Shown here in pieces: positions 31,750 through 42,979 of a stretch of DNA of 52,083 nt (positions are counted from its first letter, which is position 1; every line of letters begins with the position of its first letter). This stretch comes from Calditrichia bacterium (lineage in GTDB: Bacteria > Calditrichota > Calditrichia > JAJRVZ01). Made by a program: the position numbers and the translations under genes. The notes beneath the pieces are model-generated. The model did no database searches, was not told where the DNA came from, and was given only the letters and a program-made list of their open reading frames with translations. Location of the stretch: positions 1-52,083 of the forward strand of contig CAVZSQ010000020.1 in NCBI GenBank assembly GCA_963777955.1, written 5' to 3'.

Positions 31750-31842
31750 TTCAAAATTATATTGTTCCATTTAAAACAAAATAGTAATTTTTCACACCTT
31801 TCCAAGCCACACTAGCAATATATATTCTATGAGGAGGTCAAG

Positions 31843-33279
31843 ATGCCAGAATTCCGTATAGAAAAAGATTCACTGGGAGAAATCAAAGTACCTAAAGATG
31901 CCCTGTATGCTGCACAAACCCAGCGCGCCGTGGAAAATTTCCCGATCAGCGGAATACCCATTCCCCGGGCTCTGATCCGGGCCTTAGGTTTGATCAAGCA
32001 GAAAGCAGCCGAGGTCAATCTCGATTTGAAATTGCTGGATGCTAAAAAATCCAGAGCCATCCAGCAGGCGGCCGAGGAGGTCGCTGCAGGGAAATATGAC
32101 GATCAGTTTCCCATCGATATTTTCCAAACAGGTTCCGGCACCAGCAGTAACATGAATGCCAACGAGGTAATTGCCACCCTGGCCTCAAAAATAGCCGGTG
32201 AAAAAATACATCCCAATGATCAGGTCAATATGGGACAATCGTCCAATGATGTCATTCCCACAGCCATTCATGTTTCGGCATACCTGGAGGTAGTCGAAAA
32301 ATTACTGCCGGCCTTGAAGCATCTGCACGAAACGATCGTGCAAAAAGCCTCTGACTATGAGCAGGTTGTTAAAACCGGGCGTACGCATTTAATGGATGCC
32401 ATGCCGGTAAGACTGAGCCAGGAGATGTCCGGCTGGGCCAGCCAGATCAGTCACGGTCTGGAACGGTTGAATGCTTCTTTACCGCGGGTGGCCGAACTGG
32501 CCCAGGGGGGTACTGCGGTTGGTACGGGTATCAATGCCCATCCTGAATTTGCCGACCGGATTGCCAGGAAACTGGCGGATGCCACCGGTATCCCTTTTAT
32601 GAAATCGTCTAACTTTTTTGAATCACTGGCTACTCAGGATGCTATCGTCGAGTTAAGCGGCCAGTTAAAAACGGTAGCAGTGAGCCTGATTAAAATCAGT
32701 AATGACCTGCGCTGGATGAACAGCGGACCGATTGCCGGCCTGGGTGAAATTGAGCTCCCGGCCCTGCAACCCGGCTCTTCGATCATGCCCGGTAAAATCA
32801 ATCCGGTCATTCCCGAAGCGGTGCTGATGGTCTGTGCCCAGGTGATCGGCAATGATGTGACGGTCACACTCAGCGGCCAATCCGGAGTATTTCAATTGAA
32901 TGTAATGCTGACCGTGGCGGCCTATAATGTACTGCAATCCATATTGATCCTGGCCAATGCTGCGCGGGTGCTGGCCGATATGGCTATCGCCGGTTTCAAA
33001 GTCAATCAGGAAAAAATAGTGAATCTGCTGGATAAAAATCCGATACTGGTTACAGCTTTAAATCCGATCATCGGTTATGATAAAGGGGCCAAAATAGCCA
33101 AAACGGCCTATGCCGAGAATCGCACTTTAAAGGAAGTGGCGCTGGAACAGACCGATCTGAAAAAAGAGGAACTGGATAAGATACTCGATCCGCTGAAATT
33201 GACGCAAATAGAGACTGGGTTCAGGTTACACGGAGTTCCACGGAGCAGGAGGAGAGCCCAGGGGAATAATTTGCAGTAA
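31843..33279 (+). CDS. fumC: Class II fumarate hydratase
   Basis: QTGSGTSSNMNANEV; KTGRTHLMDA; GSSIMPGKINP. The last about 20 aa come from a repeat element. Confidence 0.95.
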   Translation: MPEFRIEKDSLGEIKVPKDALYAAQTQRAVENFPISGIPIPRALIRALGLIKQKAAEVNLDLKLLDAKKSRAIQQAAEEVAAGKYDDQFPIDIFQTGSGTSSNMNANEVIATLASKIAGEKIHPNDQVNMGQSSNDVIPTAIHVSAYLEVVEKLLPALKHLHETIVQKASDYEQVVKTGRTHLMDAMPVRLSQEMSGWASQISHGLERLNASLPRVAELAQGGTAVGTGINAHPEFADRIARKLADATGIPFMKSSNFFESLATQDAIVELSGQLKTVAVSLIKISNDLRWMNSGPIAGLGEIELPALQPGSSIMPGKINPVIPEAVLMVCAQVIGNDVTVTLSGQSGVFQLNVMLTVAAYNVLQSILILANAARVLADMAIAGFKVNQEKIVNLLDKNPILVTALNPIIGYDKGAKIAKTAYAENRTLKEVALEQTDLKKEELDKILDPLKLTQIETGFRLHGVPRSRRRAQGNNLQ

Positions 33280-33370
33280 TTGATAGAAAATATTGAGATT
33301 TATATTCAAGTGTTATTGATGTTTACTTTCTCCGTGGTTCTCTGTGTCTGCTCTGTGGAACTCTGTGTAA
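33221..33370. repeat. Imperfect inverted repeat pair built from CACRGAG/CTCYGTG units
   Basis: TTACACGGAGTTCCACGGAGCAG.. pairs with ..CTGCTCTGTGGAACTCTGTGTAA; the left arm recurs inverted at 45618-45642. Confidence 0.7.
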
Positions 33371-33388
33371 TTAAGAAATAGAAGAAAT

Positions 33389-34045
33389 TCACGACTGCAG
33401 AATTATTACCACCAGCCGTTTAGGTCCGTGTGCACCGAGCACCAGTTGCTTTTCTATATCGGATGTGCGCGAAGGGCCGGTTATCAGCACCGCATAACTC
33501 CAATCGATTGATTGCTTCTTCATCTGCCGGAAGGCTTCATCCAGCGAGGGTACGATCTGTTTTTCTGCGGCGATTACTATATGTACCGGTGGCAATACCG
33601 ACAGGCGCCGCCCGGCGGCCGATAAAGAGGTCAGGATAATTGAACCGGTGCGGGCAATCAGATAATCGGCCAAGGTGATACCACAACTATATTTTGAGAA
33701 TGAAATGGAGTCATTATTAAGTTGAAATTTATCATCCAGGAAGGATTTTAATTCTGCCTTTTGTGAAAAGATCTCAGACAGGAAAGGTGCCGGTTGTCCC
33801 AGGCAGGAGTGCTGCGGAAACTCTTTCAGGATTTGGTATAAAGAATCTGCTGCCTGCCGGCGGGAATCCGCCAGGAATATTTCTCCCTGCAGCTGACTCA
33901 ATTGATTTTTAAAAATATCAAGAAGAGAACTGCCTTTTACAGGATAATCCCCATAAATATCCTGGTCGCGGATCTCTGCGACAGGCGGCACTTTATCGGC
34001 GGGCCAGTTATTTAATCTGGCCAGGATTTTTTCTCTACTGTTCAT
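33389..34045 (-). CDS. lutC: Lactate utilization protein C (LUD domain)
   Basis: IARTGS; SVLPPVHI; ITGPSRTSDIEKQLVLGAHGP. Confidence 0.88.
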   Translation of the reverse strand: MNSREKILARLNNWPADKVPPVAEIRDQDIYGDYPVKGSSLLDIFKNQLSQLQGEIFLADSRRQAADSLYQILKEFPQHSCLGQPAPFLSEIFSQKAELKSFLDDKFQLNNDSISFSKYSCGITLADYLIARTGSIILTSLSAAGRRLSVLPPVHIVIAAEKQIVPSLDEAFRQMKKQSIDWSYAVLITGPSRTSDIEKQLVLGAHGPKRLVVIILQS

Positions 34046-35411
34046 TTTTCAGCCACAATTCTTTGAATGATTTCCGGGGTAAAGCGGGTATTCTTTTTCT
34101 CTTTCCGGCTGGTACTAACCAGGTAAAATGGCTGCCCCAGCGACGCAGCGGTCTGGCCACAAGGTCCAGACGCGTACGCCGGCTAAAAATGAAGGCCCAG
34201 CCTTTTAAGGCTATCTTCCAGATTAAACCGACGTAACCCTTGCGGTACGCCTGCCAGCGGTTTTCCAGCAATAACCGGTGCAGTTCGATATGTACCGGGC
34301 AGACGAAACTGCAGGCTGCGCACAGACTGGAAGCATACGGCAGATGATACCATTCAGCCCAACCGCGCAGATGAGGGGTCAGCACGGATCCCAGTGGTCC
34401 CTGGTACGGTGTATGATAGGTATGTCCCCCGGCCAGACGGAAAACCGGGCAGGCATTCAGGCAGGCTCCGCAGCGGATGCAGCGAAGTATTTCGCGAAAG
34501 TGCGGATCCGCGTATAATTGCGAACGTCCGTTATCCAGCAGGATCACATACATTTTTTGCGGACCATCTGATTCCAGTCCCTGGCGGGGTCCGCGGATGA
34601 TGCTGTTATAACAGGTGATCTGCTGGCCTGTACCACTGGTAGCCAGCAGGGGAAGAAATAAGGCCAGATCGGCCAGACCGGGTATGATCTTTTCAATTCC
34701 GGCAATCACCACATGTACCGGTGGGCAGGCCATGGTCAGGCGGCCGTTGCCTTCATTTTCGGTCAGCAGCACAGCGCCTTCTTCAGCCAGTAAAAAGTTA
34801 GCTCCGGTGACGCCGATATCAGCGGTTATATAGGCCTGTCGCAAATGTTGCCTGGCCACCATGGTCAGTTCGGCGGCGCTGTCGGTCAAAGGCGAACCCA
34901 GTTTTTCATGAAAGAGTTGAGATATCTCTGCAGTGCTTTTATGCATGGCCGGGGTAACGATGTGGTACGGTTTCTCGCCGGCCAGTTGTACAATCAGTTC
35001 GCCCAGATCGCTTTCCCACACTTCCAGTCCCTGCTGTTCGCACATTTCGTTAAAGGAGATTTCTTCGGTGGTCATGGATTTTGATTTGATGATCTTTTTA
35101 GCCTGGTGCTCAAGGGCAATCTGCAGAAAATACTGCCGGGCTTCAGCTGCGGTTTCGGCCCATAAAACAGTAACACCACGGGCCGAGATGTTCTGTTCAA
35201 ATTTTTGCAATAACTGCGGCAGGGAATTCAGGACGTAATTTTTTATTTCCCGGGCATTTTTTCGCGCCTGTTCCCAGTTCCTGAACTGGGTTTGCTTCAT
35301 TTCCTCGACTTTGGAGTCGTAAGTAGCGATGGCTTTCCCGATCTTGCGGTGATGCGACAGATCATCTATTTTTTCTCTGGCCTGTCGGAGAAACCGGGTA
35401 AATTCGGACAT
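34035..35411 (-). CDS. lutB: Lactate utilization protein B (Fe-S)
   Basis: KSKSMTTEE; ESDLGE; HIVTPAMH; ENEGNGR; CIRCGACLNACP. Confidence 0.92.
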   Translation of the reverse strand: MSEFTRFLRQAREKIDDLSHHRKIGKAIATYDSKVEEMKQTQFRNWEQARKNAREIKNYVLNSLPQLLQKFEQNISARGVTVLWAETAAEARQYFLQIALEHQAKKIIKSKSMTTEEISFNEMCEQQGLEVWESDLGELIVQLAGEKPYHIVTPAMHKSTAEISQLFHEKLGSPLTDSAAELTMVARQHLRQAYITADIGVTGANFLLAEEGAVLLTENEGNGRLTMACPPVHVVIAGIEKIIPGLADLALFLPLLATSGTGQQITCYNSIIRGPRQGLESDGPQKMYVILLDNGRSQLYADPHFREILRCIRCGACLNACPVFRLAGGHTYHTPYQGPLGSVLTPHLRGWAEWYHLPYASSLCAACSFVCPVHIELHRLLLENRWQAYRKGYVGLIWKIALKGWAFIFSRRTRLDLVARPLRRWGSHFTWLVPAGKRKRIPALPRKSFKELWLKNEQ

Positions 35412-36170
35412 TTACAGCCTCATACTCTGAACCATAAATTCGGTGAGATGCAGCAGTTGCATATCGATTTTTTCCGCTTTGATTTCCTGCCGCATATGCA
35501 TAATGCAGCCGGGATCGTTGCTGACAATGGTATCGACATTCCGGCTGCGAAACATGTCCACCCGGTTTGCCGCCATAGCTGCCGCTACATAGTCGAACTT
35601 GAAGGAAAATAATCCTCCAAAACCGCAACACACAGGTTCCCCGGGGAGGTCGACCAGTTCATACCCGCTGATCCGTTTCAGGATCTCAAGCGGTTCGGCT
35701 TTTACGCCTAATTCGCGGTAAGTATGACAGGAGTTATGAAAACCGACCCGGCCGGTAAATGTCCCGCTAATATTAGAAATCAGGTTCTCCCGCGATAGAA
35801 ATTCTGAAAATTCAAATACGTGTTTATTTAAATCTATTGCGGATTTTTCCAGGGGATGATCCCGGAAAAGGACCGGGTAATAGTTACGCACCATGGCCAC
35901 GCAGGAACCGGAAGGGGCCACAATGGTTTCAGCCTGTTGAAAAATCTCGATGAATTGTCCGGCTACTTTACGAGCTTCGTTGCGGTGGCCGGCATTGAAG
36001 GCAGGCTGACCGCAGCAGGTTTGCCTGGGATCATAATGCAATTCGTAGCCAAAATAACGGAGGATTTTAACCATGGCCAGTCCGATTTCGGGATAGACCT
36101 GATCGACCAGGCAGGGGATGAACAGGGTTACAGGTGTTTTTTTATGGGTATCGCTGGAACTTAAATTCAT
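35412..36170 (-). CDS. lutA: Lactate utilization protein A (CCG domains)
   Basis: LFIPCLVD; QTCCGQPAFNAG; CCGFGGLFS; DPGCIMH; the ATG at 36170 is the likely start. Confidence 0.9.
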   Translation of the reverse strand: MNLSSSDTHKKTPVTLFIPCLVDQVYPEIGLAMVKILRYFGYELHYDPRQTCCGQPAFNAGHRNEARKVAGQFIEIFQQAETIVAPSGSCVAMVRNYYPVLFRDHPLEKSAIDLNKHVFEFSEFLSRENLISNISGTFTGRVGFHNSCHTYRELGVKAEPLEILKRISGYELVDLPGEPVCCGFGGLFSFKFDYVAAAMAANRVDMFRSRNVDTIVSNDPGCIMHMRQEIKAEKIDMQLLHLTEFMVQSMRL

Positions 36171-36271
36171 AGTGAATAGAACTGATCCGTTCTTGTGATT
36201 TTTTAAATAAATGTAAGAGATTTGAGAGTGAGTTAAAATATTTTTTTTGAATATATCATCATCAATCTTGT

Positions 36272-36415
36272 TTGTCATCCCGGCTAGGATTACAGAGTAA
36301 AATCAGATTCCCGCCTGTACTATATCCAGGCGAGGCATACGTTTAGCGGGAATGACGGTTACGGTCATTCCCGATCCGCAAGATACTAGCATTTACATAT
36401 GCAGTCGGGAATCTA
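36272..36415. repeat. Cluster of REP-like ATTCCCG..CGGGAAT palindromes with expanded loops
   Basis: AGATTCCCGCCTGTACTA...GTTTAGCGGGAATGAC, also at 43923-43974, followed by GTCATTCCCGA...TCGGGAATCT. Confidence 0.75.
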
Positions 36416-36423
36416 TCCGGACT

Positions 36424-36461
36424 AAAATAAAAAAGCCCGTCCGGCAACTGCCGGACGGGCT
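36424..36461 (-). terminator. Rho-independent terminator of the VWA lipoprotein gene
   Basis: AGCCCGTCCGGCA-AC-TGCCGGACGGGCT stem with an A-run on the plus strand (U-tract on minus). Confidence 0.8.
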
Positions 36462-36496
36462 CCTGTTAAAAAATATCAGTTTATAATTTACTTCAA

Positions 36497-37615
36497 TTAG
36501 TATGTTATGTTTTCTATTATTCTCTGACCATCAATACCAGTATCTTTTACAGTTATTTTAATCGTATGTACACCATTGGGACTGCCTGTTACAAATTCTA
36601 CCAGGTAACTATTCGATAATGCACCAGCCACCGGCAGGTCAGCCAGATTTAAACCCGTGGCAGAGCCATCAGTAAATTTAATGGTACCGCCGGTACATTG
36701 CGACATGAGCCAGGGCCGCTCATCGTACAAATCTGTCCAGGTGTAATAAGTGGTATCTTCACTGAATACAGTATGAACGGTGGCGTTACTCAAATTATTG
36801 CAAAGGTACTCTGTACTCCATCTGTAATAACCATTTGGCTGGGTTGGCTCATCGGTGAAATTAATGAAGACCCGCTGGGCACCGGTACGCCAGTGATAAA
36901 GCGAATCTGCAAAAAAGATTCCCATCACGCCATTTTCGCTGGAAAGATCCGGGTAAGCATAATAATAAGCTGTATTTTCGAGCTCGGCACTATCGGCTCC
37001 GGCAAAACCAATCGTACGATCGGTTCCATAGTAAATGTAAGGCCGGTCGGTCAGATATTGCTGAAGTTTTGTTTTAGTAGTAAAATTAATTCCGCCATTT
37101 ACTTCACCGTATTGATATCCTACACAGGCGAAATTAACATTCAAACCGCTGTTAGCTAACAGATCAGCAAACTCGATAATGCTGTTGGCAACCGAATCTG
37201 CTTCCTCATCCATACTTCCGGAATTATCGACTATAAATACCACATCGGCGGCCAGAGTGGTACCGCTGCCGGCTTTAGTCAGTTTTACTCCTTTAAGGAT
37301 GTCATCTTCTTCCAGATAAAAATTGTAACCGGTTCCTTCATAGTCTGCAGACAAATCGATAGGTTGCTCAGTGCCTGGATCGAGCAGACCTAAAAGGTTC
37401 GCTTTGATGCGGGAAGGATTATTTGCCGTTTTAATAAAGTCAGGAGCGGCAGGAAGTACATTGTTAAGAACAGGTGTTGGAACGCTGATAGTAGTGGGAT
37501 CAGCAGGAATATCAGTGTTATCGGCATCATCGTTCGGTCCTGTAGAATCCTTGCTGCAGGCCAGGAAAGTAACTAAGAATAAAGAGAAAACGAGTAACAA
37601 AAATTTTTGAAACAT
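36497..37615 (-). CDS. VWA-domain lipoprotein
   Basis: Lipobox FLAC; MIDAS motif DVVFIVDNSGSM; FINFTDE. Confidence 0.85.
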   Translation of the reverse strand: MFQKFLLLVFSLFLVTFLACSKDSTGPNDDADNTDIPADPTTISVPTPVLNNVLPAAPDFIKTANNPSRIKANLLGLLDPGTEQPIDLSADYEGTGYNFYLEEDDILKGVKLTKAGSGTTLAADVVFIVDNSGSMDEEADSVANSIIEFADLLANSGLNVNFACVGYQYGEVNGGINFTTKTKLQQYLTDRPYIYYGTDRTIGFAGADSAELENTAYYYAYPDLSSENGVMGIFFADSLYHWRTGAQRVFINFTDEPTQPNGYYRWSTEYLCNNLSNATVHTVFSEDTTYYTWTDLYDERPWLMSQCTGGTIKFTDGSATGLNLADLPVAGALSNSYLVEFVTGSPNGVHTIKITVKDTGIDGQRIIENITY

Positions 37616-37809
37616 AGATCCCCCTTCTGTGGGTTAAATTAATAGATTATTAAAGTTTATTGATTATAAAATTCTTCACTCTTTTTATCATGTCTTCCAA
37701 ATACCCGTAACTTTTGCCATTTTCATCAAGCTATGACTAATATTCGTTAGTGAATTAAATAACTTTAAGGAAAAAAACAGGTAAGATCAGAAATTGAACA
37801 CCGCTGATT

Positions 37810-38385
37810 TTAGCGGGGGTCAAGCGAATTGTAATCCATTTTTGTAATGGGGATTTGTACTTCCATGCTGTCCGGTGTGTGATAAATTTCCAGTACCAGT
37901 TGATCCCTGGCAGGTTGATAACCCTGGCGTTCGAGCCATGATTTCAGCACAGGGTAAAGTTTATACCGGGCGATAATGGGATTGATCTTTACGGCGGCAG
38001 TAGCGACCAGTTGTCTTTCAGTGCGCAGCAGAATATATGCTGAATCGACTGCTAGCGAGTCCTTTACCAGCCAGCCACCGCTGGCTTCGGCAGCACGAAT
38101 AACTTTGTCCGCTGATAATGGATCATGGTAAAAAGCGCCCAGCGGCAGCAGCGGTCGAAGACCTTTTTTGACGAGATACAAGCGTACCGCTTCGATTTGC
38201 GACGGCAAGTGCGCGGGCGAATCCGGCTCCAGTACCGTAACCATAAAACAGGGTTCCCGTTCAATGGACGACACCTGAACCGGAGCGAAAACTCCCCACC
38301 ACCAGGCAGTTAACAGCACGGCGATGACAAAAATCAGGGCCAGCACCACCACGATAATCACTATCTTTTCAAGGAGTTGCAGCAT
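37810..38385 (-). CDS. Membrane-anchored GyrI-like domain protein
   Basis: N-terminal TM; GAFYHDP; 'KLYPVL..W....GY.....LEIY'. Confidence 0.6.
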   Translation of the reverse strand: MLQLLEKIVIIVVVLALIFVIAVLLTAWWWGVFAPVQVSSIEREPCFMVTVLEPDSPAHLPSQIEAVRLYLVKKGLRPLLPLGAFYHDPLSADKVIRAAEASGGWLVKDSLAVDSAYILLRTERQLVATAAVKINPIIARYKLYPVLKSWLERQGYQPARDQLVLEIYHTPDSMEVQIPITKMDYNSLDPR

Positions 38386-38549
38386 ATACCGGAAGTTATA
38401 AATTTATTGTACAGAAAATCAAATTTAAAATCATCTTGAGAATTATAAATATTATATTATATTAATTATCAAACGGTTGGAGTTTTATCATTTAAAACTC
38501 TGACAAAATAAATAATCGTCAAGAAGAAAAAATAAACAGGGGATGCAAA

Positions 38550-39326
38550 ATGAGGGCGTTGTTTGTTTTCCTTCTTACCTTCCTATTCATTCAGCTTGGC
38601 TGGGGACAGGTCCGGACTGACAGCATCGAGTATACTCACGGCGACGTGGTTTTACAGGGCTTCCTGGCTTATGATGGATTGTTAAAATCCAAGCGGCCGG
38701 GGATCCTGGTAATCCATGAATGGTGGGGACATAATCAATATGTCCGCGATCGTGCCCGGCAACTGGCCGAGTTAGGGTATGTGGCCTTTGCTCTGGATAT
38801 GTACGGCAAGGGTGTGCAGGCTAAATCCATGGAACAGGCGCAGAAGATGGCCGGAAAGTTTTATGAAGACCGGCAGTTGATGCGTGAGCGGGCAGCAGCC
38901 GGATTGGAAATTCTGAAGCAGCACAAAAATGTCGATGCTACCCGCCTGGCCGCGGTCGGTTATTGTTTCGGCGGAACGACGGCGCTGGAACTGGCGCGCA
39001 GCGGGGCGGAGTTGCGCTGTGTGGTCTGTTTTCACGGCGGATTAAAAACAGCAAATCCTGCTGATACCCTTAATATCAAGGGAACAGTACTCGTTCTGCA
39101 TGGCGCCGATGATCCTGATGTACCGCCGGCAGAAGTAAGCGCTTTCCAGGATGAGATGCGCCAGGCCAATGTGGACTGGTACATGGTTTATTTCGGGAAT
39201 GCCGTGCATAGTTTTACGAATCCTGCTGCCGGGATGGATAAAGCAAAAGGGGCGGCCTATAATTATAATGCGGATCAGCGGGGCTGGACTATAATGCGGG
39301 AGCTTTTTCTGGAGTTATTGAAGTAA
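38550..39326 (+). CDS. Dienelactone hydrolase family protein
   Basis: IHEWWG; GYCFGG; LHGADDP; AVHSFTNP. Confidence 0.92.
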   Translation: MRALFVFLLTFLFIQLGWGQVRTDSIEYTHGDVVLQGFLAYDGLLKSKRPGILVIHEWWGHNQYVRDRARQLAELGYVAFALDMYGKGVQAKSMEQAQKMAGKFYEDRQLMRERAAAGLEILKQHKNVDATRLAAVGYCFGGTTALELARSGAELRCVVCFHGGLKTANPADTLNIKGTVLVLHGADDPDVPPAEVSAFQDEMRQANVDWYMVYFGNAVHSFTNPAAGMDKAKGAAYNYNADQRGWTIMRELFLELLK

Positions 39327-39359
39327 ATAAATTATATAACAGGTAAGATCGACTGTGAT

Positions 39360-39456
39360 TGTCATCCCGGGCTTGTCGAAGATCTGGCGCTTGACAGAAC
39401 CCGGAATCTCTCCTGTGCGAGTGATAATAGATCCCGGCTCGTAGGCCGGGATGACA
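39360..39456. repeat. REP doublet (GTCATCCCG..ATCT / AGAT..CGGGATGAC)
   Basis: Two inverted palindromic units; the left unit has an extra internal insert. Confidence 0.8.
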
Positions 39457-39597
39457 TACAAAAATAATTGCATCTTTTTTTCCCAACAGTTAAGTTCACA
39501 ACACGATTTAAGAGACCTAATTATTTTCAACACGCCAATGCCTGGTCAGGGGGAAAGAAGCAGGTAAATCCTTTACTAAACCAATGGAGCAATTAGT

Positions 39598-40293
39598 ATG
39601 AGTCGATTTTCAAATACGGCTTTTACATCTATTGGCAAGAAAATATTCATGGCTGTGTCTGGTCTGGCGCTCAGCGGATTTATTGTAGTGCATCTTACCG
39701 GAAATTTTGCTTTAATGTATCCTGATAAAGATCCATTCAATAAATATGCTAATTTTTTACAGAGCCTGGGTCCGCTGCTGTACGCGGCCGAATTCACGCT
39801 TGCTGCAATTTTCCTGATTCACTTCTGTTATGCTGTGTTTATTACCATCGGTAACTGGCGGGCGCGTCCCGGCCGTTACCGGGTATCCCGCAATGCCGGC
39901 CATACCAGTAAGAAAACCATCGCTTCCACCACCATGGTCTATAGCGGAATTCTGATCATCACTTTTACGGTTCTACACCTGCTGCATTTTAAGTACGGTA
40001 CTGTTATCATGTATACTACCAAAGATGGAATGTATATCCGTGATCTGTATGCCCTGGTGCACCAGTTTTTTGGCAATATCTGGAATGTGGCCTTCTATAT
40101 GGTCATCATGATCCTGCTGGGCTTTCATCTCAGCCACGGTTTCTGGAGCGCGTTTCAATCGCTGGGGCTCAACGGTATCTGGTTTACCCGGTTTGTACAT
40201 GGTTTTGGCTACCTTTTTGCGGTAGTGATGGCCGCGGGATTTTTATTGTTGCCCCTCTATATTTTTCTGAACAGCGGAGGTTTACAACTATGA
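39598..40293 (+). CDS. sdhC: Succinate dehydrogenase cytochrome b subunit
   Basis: [39 protein letters not shown]. Confidence 0.93.
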   Translation: MSRFSNTAFTSIGKKIFMAVSGLALSGFIVVHLTGNFALMYPDKDPFNKYANFLQSLGPLLYAAEFTLAAIFLIHFCYAVFITIGNWRARPGRYRVSRNAGHTSKKTIASTTMVYSGILIITFTVLHLLHFKYGTVIMYTTKDGMYIRDLYALVHQFFGNIWNVAFYMVIMILLGFHLSHGFWSAFQSLGLNGIWFTRFVHGFGYLFAVVMAAGFLLLPLYIFLNSGGLQL

Positions 40294-42200
40294 AACTGGA
40301 TGCCAGAATACCGGCCGGGCCGGTTGCTGCAAAATGGGACCGGCATAAGTTCGAAATAAAAGTGGTCAATCCCGCCAATAAACGGAAGTATACGGTCATC
40401 GTGGTCGGTACAGGATTGGCCGGAGCCTCGGCTGCTGCTTCGCTGGGTGAACTGGGTTATAATGTTCTGAATTTCTGCATTCAGGATTCACCGCGGCGGG
40501 CCCACAGCATCGGCGCCCAGGGGGGTATCAATGCCGCTAAAAATTATCAGAATGACGGCGACAGCATCTGGCGGTTATTTTATGATACCGTTAAAGGCGG
40601 CGATTACCGCGCCCGCGAAGCGAATGTCTACCGGCTGGCCCAGGTCAGCAATAATATTATCGATCAGTGTGTGGCGCAGGGGGTACCTTTTGCCCGTGAG
40701 TATGGCGGCCTGTTTGATAACCGGTCCTTTGGCGGCGCACTGGTCTCGCGCACCTTTTATGCCCGCGGACAAACCGGCCAGCAGTTGTTACTGGGAGCCT
40801 ACAGCGCCCTGCTGCGGCAGGTGGACGAGGGCACTGTGAAAATTTTTCCCCGCCATGAAATGGTGGAACTGGTGCTGGCGGACGGTAAAGCACGGGGGAT
40901 TGTGACCAGGAATCTGGTCAGCGGAGAGTATCAGGCCCAGCTGGCCGATGCCGTTGTACTGGCCACGGGTGGATACGGCACAACCTATTTTCTCAGTACC
41001 CTGGCGACCAATTCCAATGCCACGGCCATCTGGCGTGCCCATAAAAAGGGGGCTTGTTTCGCCAATCCCTGTTTTGTGCAGATCCATCCCACCTGCATTC
41101 CGCGTTCCGGTGATTATCAGTCCAAGTTAACCCTGATGAGTGAAAGTTTGCGCAACGACGGCCGGGTCTGGGTACCAAAGAATAAAGGGGATAAGCGTCC
41201 GCCCGGCCAGATCCCCGAAGAAGACCGGGATTATTATCTGGAAAGAAAATATCCCACGTTCGGCAATATGGTCCCGCGCGATGTGGCTTCCCGTAATGCC
41301 AAAGATGTATGCGATGAAGGGCGGGGTGTCGGCGATACCGGCCTGGCCGTCTACCTGGATTTCGCCGCAGCCCTTGAAAGACTGGGCCGGGAAAAAATCG
41401 AAGAGCGGTATGGCAATCTCTTCGAAATGTATCAGCTGATCACTGCCGAAGATGCCTATGAAGTTCCGATGCGCATCTATCCGGCTATCCATTATACCAT
41501 GGGCGGATTATGGGTGGATTATAATTTAATGAGTACCATTCCCGGCCTGCATGTGTTGGGTGAAGCCAATTTTTCCGATCATGGCGCCAATCGTCTGGGA
41601 GCCAGCGCCCTGATGCAGGGGCTGGCCGACGGATATTTTGTCATACCCTATACCATCGGACATTATCTGGCCGGCACTGAATTAAAAAGGATAGATCCCG
41701 CTCATGATGCCTGTAAAGAAGCCCTGGCTTCGGCCAAAGCCAGGGATGAAAAGTTATTGTCGATAAAGGGCAATAGAACAGTCAAAGAATTTCACCGGGC
41801 CATCGGGGATATTCTGTGGAATTATGTGGGTATGGCCCGCAATGAGGCGGGATTGAGAAAAGCACTGGAGGAGATTCCCAAATTACGCGAGGAATTCTGG
41901 CAGAATGTGAAGGTGGCCGGGCGGACTGATAACCTGAATAAGAATCTGGAATTTGCCGGACGGGTGGCGGATTACATGGAACTGGCCGAATTAATCGCGC
42001 TGGATGCTTTGCAGCGCAAGGAATCCTGCGGCGGTCATTTCCGCGAGGAGAGTCAGACACCTGAGGGTGAGGCCCTGCGTAACGATGAGCAGTTCAGTCA
42101 TGTGGCAGCCTGGGAATTCAAGCAGTTGGGTAAATGGGAGATGCATAAAGAGCCGCTGACCTTTGAAAATGTAGTTCCCAGCCAGCGAAGTTATAAGTAA
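40290..42200 (+). CDS. sdhA: Succinate dehydrogenase / fumarate reductase flavoprotein
   Basis: [43 protein letters not shown]. Confidence 0.96.
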   Translation: MKLDARIPAGPVAAKWDRHKFEIKVVNPANKRKYTVIVVGTGLAGASAAASLGELGYNVLNFCIQDSPRRAHSIGAQGGINAAKNYQNDGDSIWRLFYDTVKGGDYRAREANVYRLAQVSNNIIDQCVAQGVPFAREYGGLFDNRSFGGALVSRTFYARGQTGQQLLLGAYSALLRQVDEGTVKIFPRHEMVELVLADGKARGIVTRNLVSGEYQAQLADAVVLATGGYGTTYFLSTLATNSNATAIWRAHKKGACFANPCFVQIHPTCIPRSGDYQSKLTLMSESLRNDGRVWVPKNKGDKRPPGQIPEEDRDYYLERKYPTFGNMVPRDVASRNAKDVCDEGRGVGDTGLAVYLDFAAALERLGREKIEERYGNLFEMYQLITAEDAYEVPMRIYPAIHYTMGGLWVDYNLMSTIPGLHVLGEANFSDHGANRLGASALMQGLADGYFVIPYTIGHYLAGTELKRIDPAHDACKEALASAKARDEKLLSIKGNRTVKEFHRAIGDILWNYVGMARNEAGLRKALEEIPKLREEFWQNVKVAGRTDNLNKNLEFAGRVADYMELAELIALDALQRKESCGGHFREESQTPEGEALRNDEQFSHVAAWEFKQLGKWEMHKEPLTFENVVPSQRSYK

Positions 42201-42214
42201 GGAGATCTGCAACA

Positions 42215-42976
42215 ATGACGATTGAGAAGAAACTTATGACGATACATTTAAAGGTATGGCGTCAACCAGGGCCAAAGGCCAAAGGAAAGTTTGTACCTTA
42301 TACGGTGGAGCAGGTAAATCCGGACATGTCCTTTCTGGAGATGCTGGATCTTCTAAACGAACAACTGATCAGGAAAGATGAACAGCCGGTTGAGTTCGAT
42401 AACGACTGCCGCGAGGGGATCTGCGGAATGTGCGGGCTGGTGATCAACGGTACGGCTCACGGACCCAAACGCGGCTGTACTACCTGTGAACTGCGTATGC
42501 GTGAATTCAAAGATGGTGATACTATAGCGGTTGAGCCCTGGCGGGCGCGGGGCTTTCCGATAATCAAGGATCTGGTGGTGGACCGCAGTGCTTTTGACCG
42601 GATCATGGTTAGGGGCGGCTATATAACCGTGCGCACCGGCGGAGCACCGGAAGCCAGTACTATGCCGGTGCCGAAAGATGATGCCGAGTTGTCCATGGAT
42701 TATGCCATATGCATCGGTTGCGGTGCCTGTGTGGCAGCCTGTCCCAACGCCTCGGCTGCACTGTTCGTGGGAGCCAAGGTATCTCATTTTGCGCTGCTGC
42801 CCCAGGGAAAACCCGAAGCCAAAAGACGGGTAGAGCGCATGGTGGCCCAGATGGATAAAGAATCATTTGGCGCCTGTTCGAATCATGGCGAGTGCGAAGC
42901 GGTTTGTCCCAAGGAGATTCCGATCAGTGCCATTGCGCGGATGAGGAGGGAATATTTTAAGTCGTTGTGGGGATGA
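42215..42976 (+). CDS. sdhB: Succinate dehydrogenase / fumarate reductase iron-sulfur subunit
   Basis: [33 protein letters not shown]. Confidence 0.96.
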   Translation: MTIEKKLMTIHLKVWRQPGPKAKGKFVPYTVEQVNPDMSFLEMLDLLNEQLIRKDEQPVEFDNDCREGICGMCGLVINGTAHGPKRGCTTCELRMREFKDGDTIAVEPWRARGFPIIKDLVVDRSAFDRIMVRGGYITVRTGGAPEASTMPVPKDDAELSMDYAICIGCGACVAACPNASAALFVGAKVSHFALLPQGKPEAKRRVERMVAQMDKESFGACSNHGECEAVCPKEIPISAIARMRREYFKSLWG

Positions 42977-42979
42977 AAC

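Noticed and set aside
36171..36278. N-terminal extension of LutA
   Set aside because: It starts inside a REP unit and crosses AT-rich promoter-like DNA; similarity to LutA begins after 36170.
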